A DNA stretch of 64,000 bases from an uncultured Treponema sp. (GCA_964531105.1 CAZHFN010000002.1:38322-102321); one strand, 5' to 3'. Positions 17,594-27,502 are shown, counted from the stretch's first letter. Notes: a model not told the origin generated them from the letters alone. A program made the numbers and translations.

Positions 17594-18505
17594 ATGAAAA
17601 AGAACACAGTCCTCATACTCATATCATATCTCACCCTTTATATAGTATGGGGCTCTACATATTTGGCCATTCGCGTCGCCGTGTCCACCATGCCTGCGTT
17701 TTACCTGGTGGGATTCAGGTATGCCATTGCCGGTATCGGCTTTCTGATCTTGAGCGCCGCCACGGGGCGGTTGAAGCGTCATCCTACTCGGAAAGAAATC
17801 CTTGCCGCATCCTTCCTCGGATTCTTTCTCCTTATTCTCGGCAACGGATTAGTTTCACTGGGTGAAAAAACGGTGGATTCCTACATCGCCGCGATCATCA
17901 TCTCCTCCACCCCATTCTGCGTGGCTTTTTTCAACCTGCTTTTCTTCCGTGAGCGGCTTCATGTTACAAGACTGGCAGGAATAATCCTCGGCATGGTAGG
18001 AGTGGGTCTTGTACTCTGGAAGGGCGAGAATTCGGGAATCCAACTCAGTGGCGGCATTTTATTCATCATGGCAGGATTCCTGGCCTGGAGTTTTGCAACC
18101 TCCTATGCCAAAAAAATACCGGTACACCCGGACAGCATGGTCAATACAGGCATCGAGATGAGCCTTGCGGGTTTCTTCGCCCTCCTGGGTTCGATCTTAT
18201 TCTACGGGACTCCCAAGACTGCTCTTGCCGCGACAAGCATAGAAAGCTGGTTGGCTATGGCATATCTCGCCATTGTGGGAGGAGGGGCTTTCCTGGCGTA
18301 TAATTACTTGCTGGCCAACGAGCCTTCGATCCGTATTGTAAGCTATGCGATCGTCAATCCCTTGATAGCCGTATTCCTGGGAATGCTGATTCTGGGAGAA
18401 GAACCCGTGCCTCTTCTCTGGTTCGGAGTTCCGGTCATTCTCCTGGGTCTGGTGCTCATGCTCTATGGCGAAAAGATCTTCAAGCCTAAAAAAGCTTCAA
18501 CATGA
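17594..18505 (+). CDS. EamA/DMT-family transporter
   Basis: 303 aa, about 10 TM segments in two EamA-like halves. Start is typical of the family (YLTLYIVWGSTYLAIRV). Confidence 0.85.
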   Translation: MKKNTVLILISYLTLYIVWGSTYLAIRVAVSTMPAFYLVGFRYAIAGIGFLILSAATGRLKRHPTRKEILAASFLGFFLLILGNGLVSLGEKTVDSYIAAIIISSTPFCVAFFNLLFFRERLHVTRLAGIILGMVGVGLVLWKGENSGIQLSGGILFIMAGFLAWSFATSYAKKIPVHPDSMVNTGIEMSLAGFFALLGSILFYGTPKTALAATSIESWLAMAYLAIVGGGAFLAYNYLLANEPSIRIVSYAIVNPLIAVFLGMLILGEEPVPLLWFGVPVILLGLVLMLYGEKIFKPKKAST

Positions 18506-18507
18506 AG

Positions 18508-19842
18508 CTAAGGCTTGCCTCCCTGCCCCGCCATGTATTTGGCCATGGCGCCCTTGTTTTTCACCATTTTTTTCATCATCGTTCGTGATTTTTCGAACTT
18601 TTTCAAAAGCCTATTCACCTGGGCCACGGAAGTGCCCGAACCCTTGGCTATTCTCGTGCGGCGTGAAGGACCTATGATCAGATGGTTGAGTCTTTCCTTC
18701 CTGCTCATCGACCTGAGGATGGCTTCCTCGTACTTCATTTCCTCCAGGTCTATCCTGTCCTCGTCCACCTGTCCCGCCAAGCCTGGGATCATGTCCAGCA
18801 TGGACTTCACCGAACCCATTTTCTTCATCTTCTGAAGCTGATCCAGGTAATCCTCAAGGGTGAAGTTTTCCTTGGCCAGCTTTTCTTCCAGTTCCTCGGC
18901 TTCTTTTTGGTCGTAGACTGTCTGGGCCTTTTCTACCAGCGAGACAATGTCCCCCATGCCCAGGATCCGGCTGGCTATCCTATCGGGATGGAAGGGTTCC
19001 AGGCCATCGGGTTTTTCTGATGTTCCAACAAATTTTATGGCCTTGCCCGTCACCGACTTGAGTGAAAGCGCCGCTCCACCCCTTGTATCCGAGTCGAACT
19101 TGGAGAGGATTACACCGGTAATGCCTATTTTTTCATCAAAGCTCTTGGCTATGTCCACGGCGGCCTGGCCGGTCATAGAATCGGCTACCAGGAGGGATTC
19201 CAGCGGATTGGCGGCATCCTTAACCCTGGCAAGTTCAGCCATGAGCGCTTCATCGATCTGAAGACGTCCCGCTGTATCTACAATGAGGGTGTCGAAGGAC
19301 TCACGCTTGGCCCTGGCTAGGGCTGCATTCACCACCTGCACTGGGTCCTTGGTAGCTTCGGTATGAACCGCTACTCCCACCTGGGTACCCAGCACCGAAA
19401 GCTGCTCCACTGCCGCGGGCCTCACAAGGTCGCAGGCGGCCAAAAGAACCTTTCTGCCCTTCCCTTTCAGCCTATAGGCCAGTTTGGCGGCTGTCGTCGT
19501 CTTGCCCGAGCCCTGAAGGCCTAAAAGCAAAATAACCGAAAGCGTGTCCGGCCCTTTTAATGCCAGGTCCTGATTTTCGTCACCTAAAAGCGCGACCATC
19601 TTGTCGTGGACAATTTTTACAAACTGCTGGCCTGGGCTTACCGAGCGCAGAACCTTCTCGCCCTTGGCTTCTTCCAAGGTCGAGTTGACAAAGCGCCGCA
19701 CAACCCTAAGGTTGACGTCGGCCTCCAGGAGGGCCATCTTGATCTGCTCGACGGCATCGTCGACATTTTTTTCAGAAATCGAAGCCTTGCCGCTTATGCC
19801 GCGGAAGACATCGACGAATTTTTCGGTGATTTTTTCCAGCAT
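18508..19842 (-). CDS. ffh: Signal recognition particle protein Ffh
   Basis: 444 aa. N domain, G domain (GLQGSGKTTTAAKLA, DTAGR, SKFD) and Met-rich M domain. Confidence 0.97.
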   Translation of the reverse strand: MLEKITEKFVDVFRGISGKASISEKNVDDAVEQIKMALLEADVNLRVVRRFVNSTLEEAKGEKVLRSVSPGQQFVKIVHDKMVALLGDENQDLALKGPDTLSVILLLGLQGSGKTTTAAKLAYRLKGKGRKVLLAACDLVRPAAVEQLSVLGTQVGVAVHTEATKDPVQVVNAALARAKRESFDTLIVDTAGRLQIDEALMAELARVKDAANPLESLLVADSMTGQAAVDIAKSFDEKIGITGVILSKFDSDTRGGAALSLKSVTGKAIKFVGTSEKPDGLEPFHPDRIASRILGMGDIVSLVEKAQTVYDQKEAEELEEKLAKENFTLEDYLDQLQKMKKMGSVKSMLDMIPGLAGQVDEDRIDLEEMKYEEAILRSMSRKERLNHLIIGPSRRTRIAKGSGTSVAQVNRLLKKFEKSRTMMKKMVKNKGAMAKYMAGQGGKP

Positions 19843-19914
19843 TGCCTATACCATCCTTGCCTAAAGGGCACAATGTATAGTCAAACCGCTGCATGGTCAA
19901 TTGAGAGGATTTCT

Positions 19915-20490
19915 CTAGAGCGTACCTTTCAACCCCACGTCGCTCGCGACGGCCCTCAGGGCAAGGATCGTTTCGGCAATCAGGTTCTCCAGGGGCATGT
20001 CCAGCATGGCAGCGCCCTTTTCTATCACGCCGCGGTTTACGCCGGCAGCGAAGTTGACTGAACCCCACTTTTTCTTTACCGACCTGGTTTCCATATCCAG
20101 TACGCTCCGAGAAGGCCTTACATAGGCGCAGGCAGCGATAAAGCCCGTGAGCTCATCCACGGCAAAGAGGACCTTCTCCATTGTGTGCACTGGTTCCACA
20201 TCGCTGCAGAGCCCCCATCCATGGCTCAGGACAGCCCTTATAATGCCCTCTTCAACGGACTCCTTCTCCAGAATTTCTCTGGCATGGGTCAGATGCTCCT
20301 CCGGGTATTGCTGGTAATCCACATCGTGGAGTATTCCCACTATGCCCCAGTAATCCTCATCTTCGCCATATTTTCTGGCGAAATGCCGCATAGCCCCTTC
20401 TACCGAAAGAGCATGCCTGAAAAGGGAATCCTCATCGTTGTAGCGTCGCCAAAGTGAAATAGCCTCGTTTCTGTCCATTACAAGCCTCAC
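19915..20490 (-). CDS. HD/HDIG-domain phosphohydrolase
   Basis: 191 aa. H...HD motif (HALSVEGAM ... GILHDVDY). Confidence 0.8.
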   Translation of the reverse strand: MRLVMDRNEAISLWRRYNDEDSLFRHALSVEGAMRHFARKYGEDEDYWGIVGILHDVDYQQYPEEHLTHAREILEKESVEEGIIRAVLSHGWGLCSDVEPVHTMEKVLFAVDELTGFIAACAYVRPSRSVLDMETRSVKKKWGSVNFAAGVNRGVIEKGAAMLDMPLENLIAETILALRAVASDVGLKGTL

Positions 20491-22388
20491 TTGAGATTAA
20501 GGGTGATTCTGCTGCCTTCGTTTATCTTGCTGCCTGGCGCGGGCTGCTGGGATGCAACATAGCCATCGCCGTGGATAGATACCCTGATGTCCTTTCTTTC
20601 CAGAAGAGGTATGAGCGAACGTTTGGAATAGCCTTTGAGATCGGGCATCGTATCCCCTATGCTCGCATCCTTTTCTTCGGGCATGTGCAAGGTTCCGCTG
20701 TGCACCAGTATGGGCGATTTGCCTCTGTCTATATCCATGCTGGAAAGCACGGCCTCCGCTGCCTGCCTCAGCACCGGCGCTGCGATCTGCCCTCCCAGAT
20801 AGGAAACTCCCCTGGGTTTTATAATGGCGATATACAGGGCAATGCGCGGCTTATCCGCAGGAAAGATGCCCAGAGTACTGGCTATATAGTCCTTGTCCGA
20901 ATAAGCCCTGGTCTTGGAATCGATCATCTGCGCAGTGCCTGTTTTCACCGCCATGCGTATGTCGGGAACCTTGGCTCTCCAGCCCGTGCCCTGGAGGGAA
21001 GCGGTGTGTTCCATGGCATCCAGGATCGCCCTGGAGGTGGATTCGGACACTACCCTTCGCTGGACCTGGGCTTCGTGTTCAAATATCAGTTCCCCATCGG
21101 CGCTCTCTATCCTGCTCACCGTTGTTGGCTTCAATAAAAGCCCCCCATTGGCAATGGCTCCAGCCGCGGTGATCATCTGAAGAGCCGTAACCATAACCTC
21201 TTGTCCGATGGCGATTGTAGGCTTGCTTCTGCCCGACCATTTTTCCGGATCTCTCAGGGATCCAGGGCTTTCTCCAGAAAGACCTATACCCGTACGCGCA
21301 CCGAAACCAAAGGATAGGAGCCGGTCGTAGAAATCCCGCTCAGAAACCCTATCCGAGGCGTACCCCACCCCCGCGTTGCTGGAGAGTGCCAGGATTCCCG
21401 CGAGGTTCTGCTTGCCATAGACACCTAAATCCTTGATGATAATTTTCTCGCCGCTGGCCAGAGTCCTGCGATAGGCCCCGTCACAATCGAATACCGTAGA
21501 GGGAGAAATGGCTCCCATGTCCAGAATGGAAGCCATGCTGTAGAGCTTGAAAACCGATCCGGGCTCGTAAGAGTAAAGGGAGAGCAAGTCCCGCCTGGTT
21601 TCGGCATCATAGGAGGAGTAATTGTTGGGGTCGAAGCCCGGTTCGGCCGCGTAACACAGCAGTTCTCCGCTCTGCACGTCCATGGCCAGGGCCAGCGCCG
21701 CCTCGGCTCCATTGGCCTTTACCGTATCCCTAAGAAGCTCCTCGATCAGATGCTGAAGATTAGCGTCTATGCTCAAATATACCTTGTGGCCTTCCGGAAG
21801 CTTGGCATCGGGGTCGGCCAGCCTGCCAGTGCCGTCTTCGGCCTTTCTGGGTTTTGGCTTAAGCTCTTCATCGTATTTGATTTCAATACCGTCCAAGCCC
21901 ACATTACCCTCACCGGTAAAACCGATGAGGTGGGAAGCGAGCTTGCCCTCGGGATAGAGGCGTCCGGCTATCTCGTCCACCTGTACGCCCTTGAACTTGC
22001 CATCTTTCTTAGCCTGGATCAGGACTGAGGCCTTGTCGGCCGGCAGTCTTCGGGCTAGATAGAAGAAATTTTGCTGTCCGTCCTTATAGCGCGAGCTAAT
22101 AGATTCTCTGGAAATATCCAGGAGCTTGGCCAGGTCGGGTATTTCTATTTCGAATTTGGATTTGTCCGTGGAAGGTTTCCATACCGATATGTCGTATTTC
22201 GGCACATCCATAGCCAGGCTGAGGCCGTTTCTGTCTACGATGCGACCCCGCTCACCCTCGTCGGCCGCGGTGAGGGCAGAATTTTGGGAGGACGCGAAGG
22301 CCAGCTGGGCGTAGCGGGCGAAAATTAAAGCCGCCAGTATTCCGAGCATCCCAAGGGCGGAGCCCAGACGAAGTCTTGTCATCCTCAT
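20487..22388 (-). CDS. Class B penicillin-binding protein (transpeptidase) with C-terminal PASTA domain
   Basis: 633 aa. SVFK (SxxK), SSN (SxN) and KTGTA (KTG) motifs. C-terminal MPDLKGYSKRSLIPLLERKDIRVSIHGDGYVASQQPAPGSKINEGSRITLNL fits PASTA. Confidence 0.9.
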   Translation of the reverse strand: MRMTRLRLGSALGMLGILAALIFARYAQLAFASSQNSALTAADEGERGRIVDRNGLSLAMDVPKYDISVWKPSTDKSKFEIEIPDLAKLLDISRESISSRYKDGQQNFFYLARRLPADKASVLIQAKKDGKFKGVQVDEIAGRLYPEGKLASHLIGFTGEGNVGLDGIEIKYDEELKPKPRKAEDGTGRLADPDAKLPEGHKVYLSIDANLQHLIEELLRDTVKANGAEAALALAMDVQSGELLCYAAEPGFDPNNYSSYDAETRRDLLSLYSYEPGSVFKLYSMASILDMGAISPSTVFDCDGAYRRTLASGEKIIIKDLGVYGKQNLAGILALSSNAGVGYASDRVSERDFYDRLLSFGFGARTGIGLSGESPGSLRDPEKWSGRSKPTIAIGQEVMVTALQMITAAGAIANGGLLLKPTTVSRIESADGELIFEHEAQVQRRVVSESTSRAILDAMEHTASLQGTGWRAKVPDIRMAVKTGTAQMIDSKTRAYSDKDYIASTLGIFPADKPRIALYIAIIKPRGVSYLGGQIAAPVLRQAAEAVLSSMDIDRGKSPILVHSGTLHMPEEKDASIGDTMPDLKGYSKRSLIPLLERKDIRVSIHGDGYVASQQPAPGSKINEGSRITLNLK

Positions 22389-22414
22389 ACACTGTCCATG
22401 TGGTCGGGAAGGGG

Positions 22415-22894
22415 CTAGAGACCGGGCAAGGGCAGAGCCCTTCCCACTATATTGTTCATCGGCACCGGCCCATAGTCCCTTGAGTCCAGTGACTCGTATT
22501 TATTGTCGCCCATGAGAAAATATAAATCCCCTTTCGTCCCGGAGAGTTCCCTATCCTGAGAGGGAACTATCCTGCCAACCCGCTTTATGACCAGCGTAGT
22601 GATATCGGGCCTTAGGGCTGCCACCAATTCCCCTTCCCTGGGTGAGCCCCAGCGAAAAAAATATCCACCCCGGGGATTTCTGATACCATAGGCAGCCTTG
22701 AAAACCAGCACCAGATCCGAAGATTCCAAACCAGGGAGCATGGATCTTCCCTGCACAATGGCAAAATCGAGCACAAAGGCTCTGGTGATGAACAATGCCG
22801 CAACAATGACAAGAATTATACGCACAACCGCAGTGCCGGTAGAGACTTCCTCGATGTGTCCATCCTTGCCTTTCACAGCTTCCTCCACGAGCAT
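22415..22894 (-). CDS. lepB: Signal peptidase I
   Basis: Boxes GRSMLPGL (Ser), IKRVGRI (Lys) and GDNKYESLDSRDYGPVP. Start is uncertain: the ORF extends to a TTG at 22981, and ATG 22894 is given here. Confidence 0.8.
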   Translation of the reverse strand: MLVEEAVKGKDGHIEEVSTGTAVVRIILVIVAALFITRAFVLDFAIVQGRSMLPGLESSDLVLVFKAAYGIRNPRGGYFFRWGSPREGELVAALRPDITTLVIKRVGRIVPSQDRELSGTKGDLYFLMGDNKYESLDSRDYGPVPMNNIVGRALPLPGL

Positions 22895-22964
22895 CCGGCT
22901 GGTCTGGTTCTTTCCATACTTTGGATAATATATCGGATAAAAGTCGCCGATACTCGAAAGACCT

Positions 22965-24326
22965 ATGGATATCGATAACAAATCCGCCGGGGCGTATTCG
23001 AGTGAAGCATCAGCGCTTCACAGGCCCAAGCCCTTCGTCACCATACTGGATGGGGCAGCCCTCGCCTCCAAGCCAATCCGCCGCAAGGCTAGCATCAGAC
23101 AGACAAGCGTAGTCAGGCATTCGGTACGAAAGAGCGGCACCAAGCTGCGATCCTATGCCGGAGAAACCCTGCAGGCAAGCTCAAAGAACATCGCTCTTTG
23201 GATGCGTCGCAGTTTGGCAGGCCTGCTATCCCTGCCCACATCCCTCATCAAGAACCTAAAGGCTAAAAAAAATCCCCGCCCCGATGCACCGGATCCCCAG
23301 CCCCAAACGGCCGAGAGTAAACAAGCCATAAATCCAGCCATCGCCGTGAAGAAGTTTGCCGCTTTTATTGCTGGCATTCCCCTGGACAAAGCCCGGCGTA
23401 TACTGCCCGTTGTCCTGGTATCCTGTATTGTCATCTCGGCTGGCGCAGCCGCTCTTATTGGCGCCGCCCAATTTCCTCTTTCTCCATCCAGCCTCATTCT
23501 GCCCGATGAGGAATCAGCCCAGGCCTTGCTCATGGCCTACATCGCCCCGGAGAGCGCGGAAAAGGAAAACCTACCATCCGGAAGCCTTCCTCCGGTGCCT
23601 GTCACAATTAAGCTGGGCAGCTACACGGTGAGAAGCGGAGACAGCCTGGATAAAATAGCTAAACGCTTTGGCCTACGCCAGGATACCTTGATTTCGGTCA
23701 ACAATCTCCAGAGCGCATCTTCCATACGGGCAGGTATCAACCTGCGCATTCCCAACATGGATGGGGTAAGCCACAAGGTAAGGCGTGGAGAGAGCCTTTC
23801 GTCCCTCTCCAAAACCTTCGGAATAGACATGACAAAAATAGTGGATGCCAACGACCTGGCATCCAGCACAATTGCCGTTGGCCAGAGCCTCTTCATCCCC
23901 AATGCACGCCTGTCCTCAGCCACTCTCAGGCAGTTCTATGGCGAACAATTTACCTGGCCAGTTCGGGGCAGAATATCCTCTCCCTATGGTTACAGGGCTA
24001 ATCCCTTTACCGGGCTTCGTACATTCCATTCGGCCGTCGACATAGTCGTGTCCGTGGGCACCCCCATCAAGGCTACCAGTGACGGCAAGGTAGCCGACAC
24101 TGGCTACAATTCGGTATTCGGCAACTACATAATTCTCAAGCATGACAGCGGATACCAATCCCTTTATGCGCACTTGAGCAGGATCAATGTCAAGGAAGGT
24201 GGCTATATATCCAGGGGTACGGCCATAGGCCTCTCGGGTAATACGGGACAGAGCACTGGTCCCCATCTCCATTTCAGCCTGTTCAAAAACGGCCAGGCCT
24301 TGGATCCGACCAAATACCTTAAGTAG
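22965..24326 (+). CDS. LysM-repeat M23-family peptidoglycan endopeptidase
   Basis: 453 aa. Two or three LysM units (YTVRSGDSLDKIAKRFG; HKVRRGESLSSLSKTFG). M23 motifs HSAVDI and HLHFS. The N-terminal about 200 aa are low-complexity plus one TM; exact start is uncertain. Confidence 0.85.
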   Translation: MDIDNKSAGAYSSEASALHRPKPFVTILDGAALASKPIRRKASIRQTSVVRHSVRKSGTKLRSYAGETLQASSKNIALWMRRSLAGLLSLPTSLIKNLKAKKNPRPDAPDPQPQTAESKQAINPAIAVKKFAAFIAGIPLDKARRILPVVLVSCIVISAGAAALIGAAQFPLSPSSLILPDEESAQALLMAYIAPESAEKENLPSGSLPPVPVTIKLGSYTVRSGDSLDKIAKRFGLRQDTLISVNNLQSASSIRAGINLRIPNMDGVSHKVRRGESLSSLSKTFGIDMTKIVDANDLASSTIAVGQSLFIPNARLSSATLRQFYGEQFTWPVRGRISSPYGYRANPFTGLRTFHSAVDIVVSVGTPIKATSDGKVADTGYNSVFGNYIILKHDSGYQSLYAHLSRINVKEGGYISRGTAIGLSGNTGQSTGPHLHFSLFKNGQALDPTKYLK

Positions 24327-24349
24327 TCCATCGGAATCAACATAGGTGG

Positions 24350-24391
24350 AAAAAAAGATACAGAGCTGAGCCCAGCACTGTATCTTTTTTT
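24350..24391 (+). terminator. Intrinsic terminator after the M23 gene
   Basis: GATACAG-A-GCTG / CAGC-A-CTGTATC hairpin (24357-24384) followed by T7. Confidence 0.75.
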
Positions 24392-24502
24392 ATATCTTTC
24401 TTCATTTTAGACTGAGGCCACATAGACTACAAAATATTTTTATCTAAAATAATTATATATAATAATTGTATTTAAAAAACACAACTCAATACCCGGTTAC
24501 TT

Positions 24503-24518
24503 TGGCACACCCATTGCT
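24503..24518 (+). promoter_or_regulatory. Sigma-54 (-24/-12) promoter upstream of the sigma factor gene
   Basis: TGGCAC-ACCCA-TTGCT matches TGGCAC-N5-TTGCW in both blocks and in spacing. An A/T-rich tract lies at 24385-24480. ATG is at 24542 with GAGGAG at 24531-24536. Confidence 0.65.
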
Positions 24519-24541
24519 AAACACTTAGCGAGGAGTATGCT

Positions 24542-25375
24542 ATGCAACATTTAGCCGCCAACGACGAATCGCTCGCCAGCTATTTCCGCTCTATCAAATC
24601 CATCAGTCTGCTCAACAGGGAAGAAGAAGAAATCCTCTCCAGGAAAATAGCCCAGGGTGATGATACTGCCCGCACTCGACTTATCGAGGCTAATCTGCGC
24701 CTGGTAGTGCGCATTGCCCGGTCGATGTGGAACCCCTCCCTCTCCCTCACCGATCTGATACAGGAGGGGAATATCGGCCTTATGAAGGCCGCAGAAAAGT
24801 TCGACGGCACTAGGAATGTCAAGTTCTCCACCTATGCTGCCTGGTGGATACGACAGTCCATCGGGAGATCCCTGGTCAACACAGGCAGGGCCATACGCCT
24901 GCCCCATCGCAAGGAAGAACTCATTCGCAAAGTGCAGGCCGAACGAAGCATCATGAGCCAAACCCTCCAGAGGCAGCCCACTTCCGGCGAAATATCGGAA
25001 AAGCTGGGCATTCCCGAGAAAAAGCTCAACGATGTACTCATGTTCGCCGAGCACATAGCTGGTTTCGAAGCCCAGGTGGATCAGGACAGCTATACGATCC
25101 TCGATCTCTACGAGGACTACACCTACTCGCCCGAAACCCTCTTCTCCGAAACCATCGTTGCGGAGCAAACCGATCGCCTGCTCTCGGTACTCAAGGAGAG
25201 GGAACGCTATGTGATAAGCCAGCGATTCGAACTAGGCGGTCGCAAGCGCCAATCCCTCAAACGCATGGGAAGCAGGATGGGACTTTCGCCTGAAACCGTA
25301 CGACACATAGAAAAGCGAGCCCTCCAGCGACTCAATACCGAGGCCTCCAAGGGTTACCTCTGCATGACAGCCTGA
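24542..25375 (+). CDS. Group-2 (RpoS-like) sigma-70-family sigma factor
   Basis: 277 aa without region 1.1. Region 2 DLIQEGNIGLMKAAEKFDGTRNVKFSTYAAWWIRQSI is near-identical to the RpoD/RpoS consensus. Regions 3 and 4 are present (LSPETVRHIEKRALQRL). Confidence 0.85.
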   Translation: MQHLAANDESLASYFRSIKSISLLNREEEEILSRKIAQGDDTARTRLIEANLRLVVRIARSMWNPSLSLTDLIQEGNIGLMKAAEKFDGTRNVKFSTYAAWWIRQSIGRSLVNTGRAIRLPHRKEELIRKVQAERSIMSQTLQRQPTSGEISEKLGIPEKKLNDVLMFAEHIAGFEAQVDQDSYTILDLYEDYTYSPETLFSETIVAEQTDRLLSVLKERERYVISQRFELGGRKRQSLKRMGSRMGLSPETVRHIEKRALQRLNTEASKGYLCMTA

Positions 25376-25416
25376 TGCCCCGTATTGTCGCGATGGTGTT
25401 CTGCCGATAATATTGG

Positions 25417-26496
25417 GTGGTGGCATCACGAAAATCAGGAAATAAAAGAAAGACCACTCTATTCTCCGGCCAGCGAAATCGACTGATCCTGGCCGTTTTA
25501 TTTATTGCTGCATCCATTATCGCAATTGTCCTGGTAACAACTGTGCAACCAAGCCAGGAGACTGAAGCCCCCAGCCCCTCCACCCTCTGGCCCTACGGAC
25601 TTCCTGAGTACCATGTCGAAGTGCCGGAGGGTTACGAAGGCCTGCTTCCCGCCGAAGAAAGCACAAATACCGAAACGGTTAAGCCGGGAGCATCCGATTC
25701 TGCGGTCATTACTGCCCCCCTTGCAGCCAAGCCCAGCCCCCTAAAGGCTCTGCCCTTTCCAATCGCCCACGCTAAAAGTCCGGACTCTCCCCATTCCGAG
25801 CCTGCCCTCATCATTGTCATCGACGATGCGGGGCACAACCTGGAACAGCTGGAACCCTTTCTCAAGCTCCCTTTTCCACTTACGATCGCCGTGCTGCCAG
25901 GGCTAGCCTATAGCGTCCAGTCAGCCGACCATATACGCGCATCGGGAAAGGAGCTTATTCTGCACCAGCCCATGCAAGCTTTGGGAGGGACAGATCCGGG
26001 TCCTGGCGCCATAAGCCTCGATATGACTCCGACAGCAGCCGCCGAAGTGCTTGCGAGCAACCTAGACAGCCTTGGCAGCGTAGCGGGGATCAACAACCAT
26101 ATGGGCTCGGCCCTCACCAGGGATCCCGAACGAATGCGCGCAGTGCTTGATATTGTCAAAATGCGTGGTATTTATTATCTTGACTCACTTACCTCATCCG
26201 GCACGGCCACTGCGGCCCTCTGCCGTGAGATGGAATTACCTTATTGGGAGCGCGATGTGTTCTTGGACAACTCTGGCGATAAGCAATCCATTCTCCACGC
26301 GCTCGAAGAAGGCAAAAAAACCGCATCTGCCCAGGGCGCCGCTGTAATGATAGGCCATGTTTGGTCGTCTGAGCTCGCCCAAACCCTCATGGATATCTAT
26401 CCCCAACTTGTCGAAGAGGGCTACTCTCTGTCCACCATTTCGCACTACATGATTAAAAGCGCGATGGGAGAAGTCGATGCTCGTCCTGGGGATTGA
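25417..26496 (+). CDS. Divergent polysaccharide deacetylase family protein (YibQ-like)
   Basis: 359 aa. N-terminal TM, LIIVIDDAGHN, LILHQPM and NNHMGS motifs. Confidence 0.8.
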   Translation: MVASRKSGNKRKTTLFSGQRNRLILAVLFIAASIIAIVLVTTVQPSQETEAPSPSTLWPYGLPEYHVEVPEGYEGLLPAEESTNTETVKPGASDSAVITAPLAAKPSPLKALPFPIAHAKSPDSPHSEPALIIVIDDAGHNLEQLEPFLKLPFPLTIAVLPGLAYSVQSADHIRASGKELILHQPMQALGGTDPGPGAISLDMTPTAAAEVLASNLDSLGSVAGINNHMGSALTRDPERMRAVLDIVKMRGIYYLDSLTSSGTATAALCREMELPYWERDVFLDNSGDKQSILHALEEGKKTASAQGAAVMIGHVWSSELAQTLMDIYPQLVEEGYSLSTISHYMIKSAMGEVDARPGD

Positions 26497-27502
26497 GTCA
26501 TCCTGCGACGAGTGTTCTGCTGCAGTTGTTGAGAACGGAAGCAAAATCCTTTCCAACGTCGTGGCCACCCAAATTCCTCTCCATGCACAGTACCAGGGTG
26601 TAGTGCCTGAAATCGCCAGCAGAGCCCATGTGCGCTGGATAGAGGGCATTGTGCGTCAGGCTCTCAAAGATGCTCAGCTAAGCCCTGGATCCCTGGATGG
26701 CCTGGCCGCCACAGCGATGCCCGGTCTCATAGGATCGCTGTCGGTCGGCCTGTCCTTCGCAAAGTCCATGGCCTTTGCCCTGGACAAACCTTTCAAGGGT
26801 GTTAATCACATGCTCGCCCACCTCTATGCCCCCCAACTGGTGGCTCCCGTGGACTATCCCTTTTTAGGGCTTCTTGTGTCCGGTGGGCATTCGATTATCT
26901 GCATAGCAGAGGACTTTGACACAATCCGCATTCTGGGGACTACCATCGACGACGCTGTGGGCGAGGCTTTCGACAAAGTGGCCAGCTATTACGGCTTTGG
27001 CTACCCCGGAGGCAAGGCTATAGATGAGTTGGCGGAAAAAGGCGATCCAACGGCCTTCGCTTTTTCGCCCCCTTCCCTCCACAAGGGTGAGCATCGCTAC
27101 GACCTATCCTATTCAGGCTTGAAAACAGCCGTCATCCATCATCTGGACAGTTTCAGGCGTCCCGGGGCTGCGGCGAGTCCAGAAAATATTGCCGCATCTT
27201 TCAGAAAAGCGGCGATAGATTTTCTACTCTCCAAGCTACTCAAGGCCTCTAAAGATACAGGCGTGAAAAGGATTGTCGCCGGCGGTGGTGTGGCGGCCAA
27301 CGCGTATTTGCGAAGAAGCCTTGCCGCAAGAAGCGATCTCGATGTGCGATTTCCACCCCTTGATTTATGCGGTGACAATGGAGCAATGGTGGCGGGCATC
27401 GCGTATCACTATCTGAAGCGAGGAGAAATCGACGGATTAGGCTTGGCTCCCCAATCCAGAGTGCCCATGTATAAGCGCGCGGTGGATGCAAAGAAATTAT
27501 AA
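26477..27502 (+). CDS. tsaD: tRNA N6-adenosine threonylcarbamoyltransferase
   Basis: 341 aa. LGIESSCDE start, HMLAHL metal motif, VSGGHS, GDNGAM. Confidence 0.95.
   Translation: MLVLGIESSCDECSAAVVENGSKILSNVVATQIPLHAQYQGVVPEIASRAHVRWIEGIVRQALKDAQLSPGSLDGLAATAMPGLIGSLSVGLSFAKSMAFALDKPFKGVNHMLAHLYAPQLVAPVDYPFLGLLVSGGHSIICIAEDFDTIRILGTTIDDAVGEAFDKVASYYGFGYPGGKAIDELAEKGDPTAFAFSPPSLHKGEHRYDLSYSGLKTAVIHHLDSFRRPGAAASPENIAASFRKAAIDFLLSKLLKASKDTGVKRIVAGGGVAANAYLRRSLAARSDLDVRFPPLDLCGDNGAMVAGIAYHYLKRGEIDGLGLAPQSRVPMYKRAVDAKKL

Noticed and set aside
16389-24464. Shared A/T-only words TTATATATAATA (16389-16400; 24453-24464) and AAATATTTTTA (16420-16430; 24432-24442) upstream of both -24/-12 elements
   Set aside because: In two-letter (A/T) sequence, an exact 11-12-mer shared between two about 80-nt tracts is expected by chance (order of one hit). 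The two words also occur in opposite order. Treated as generic curved or A/T-rich upstream DNA, not a specific motif.
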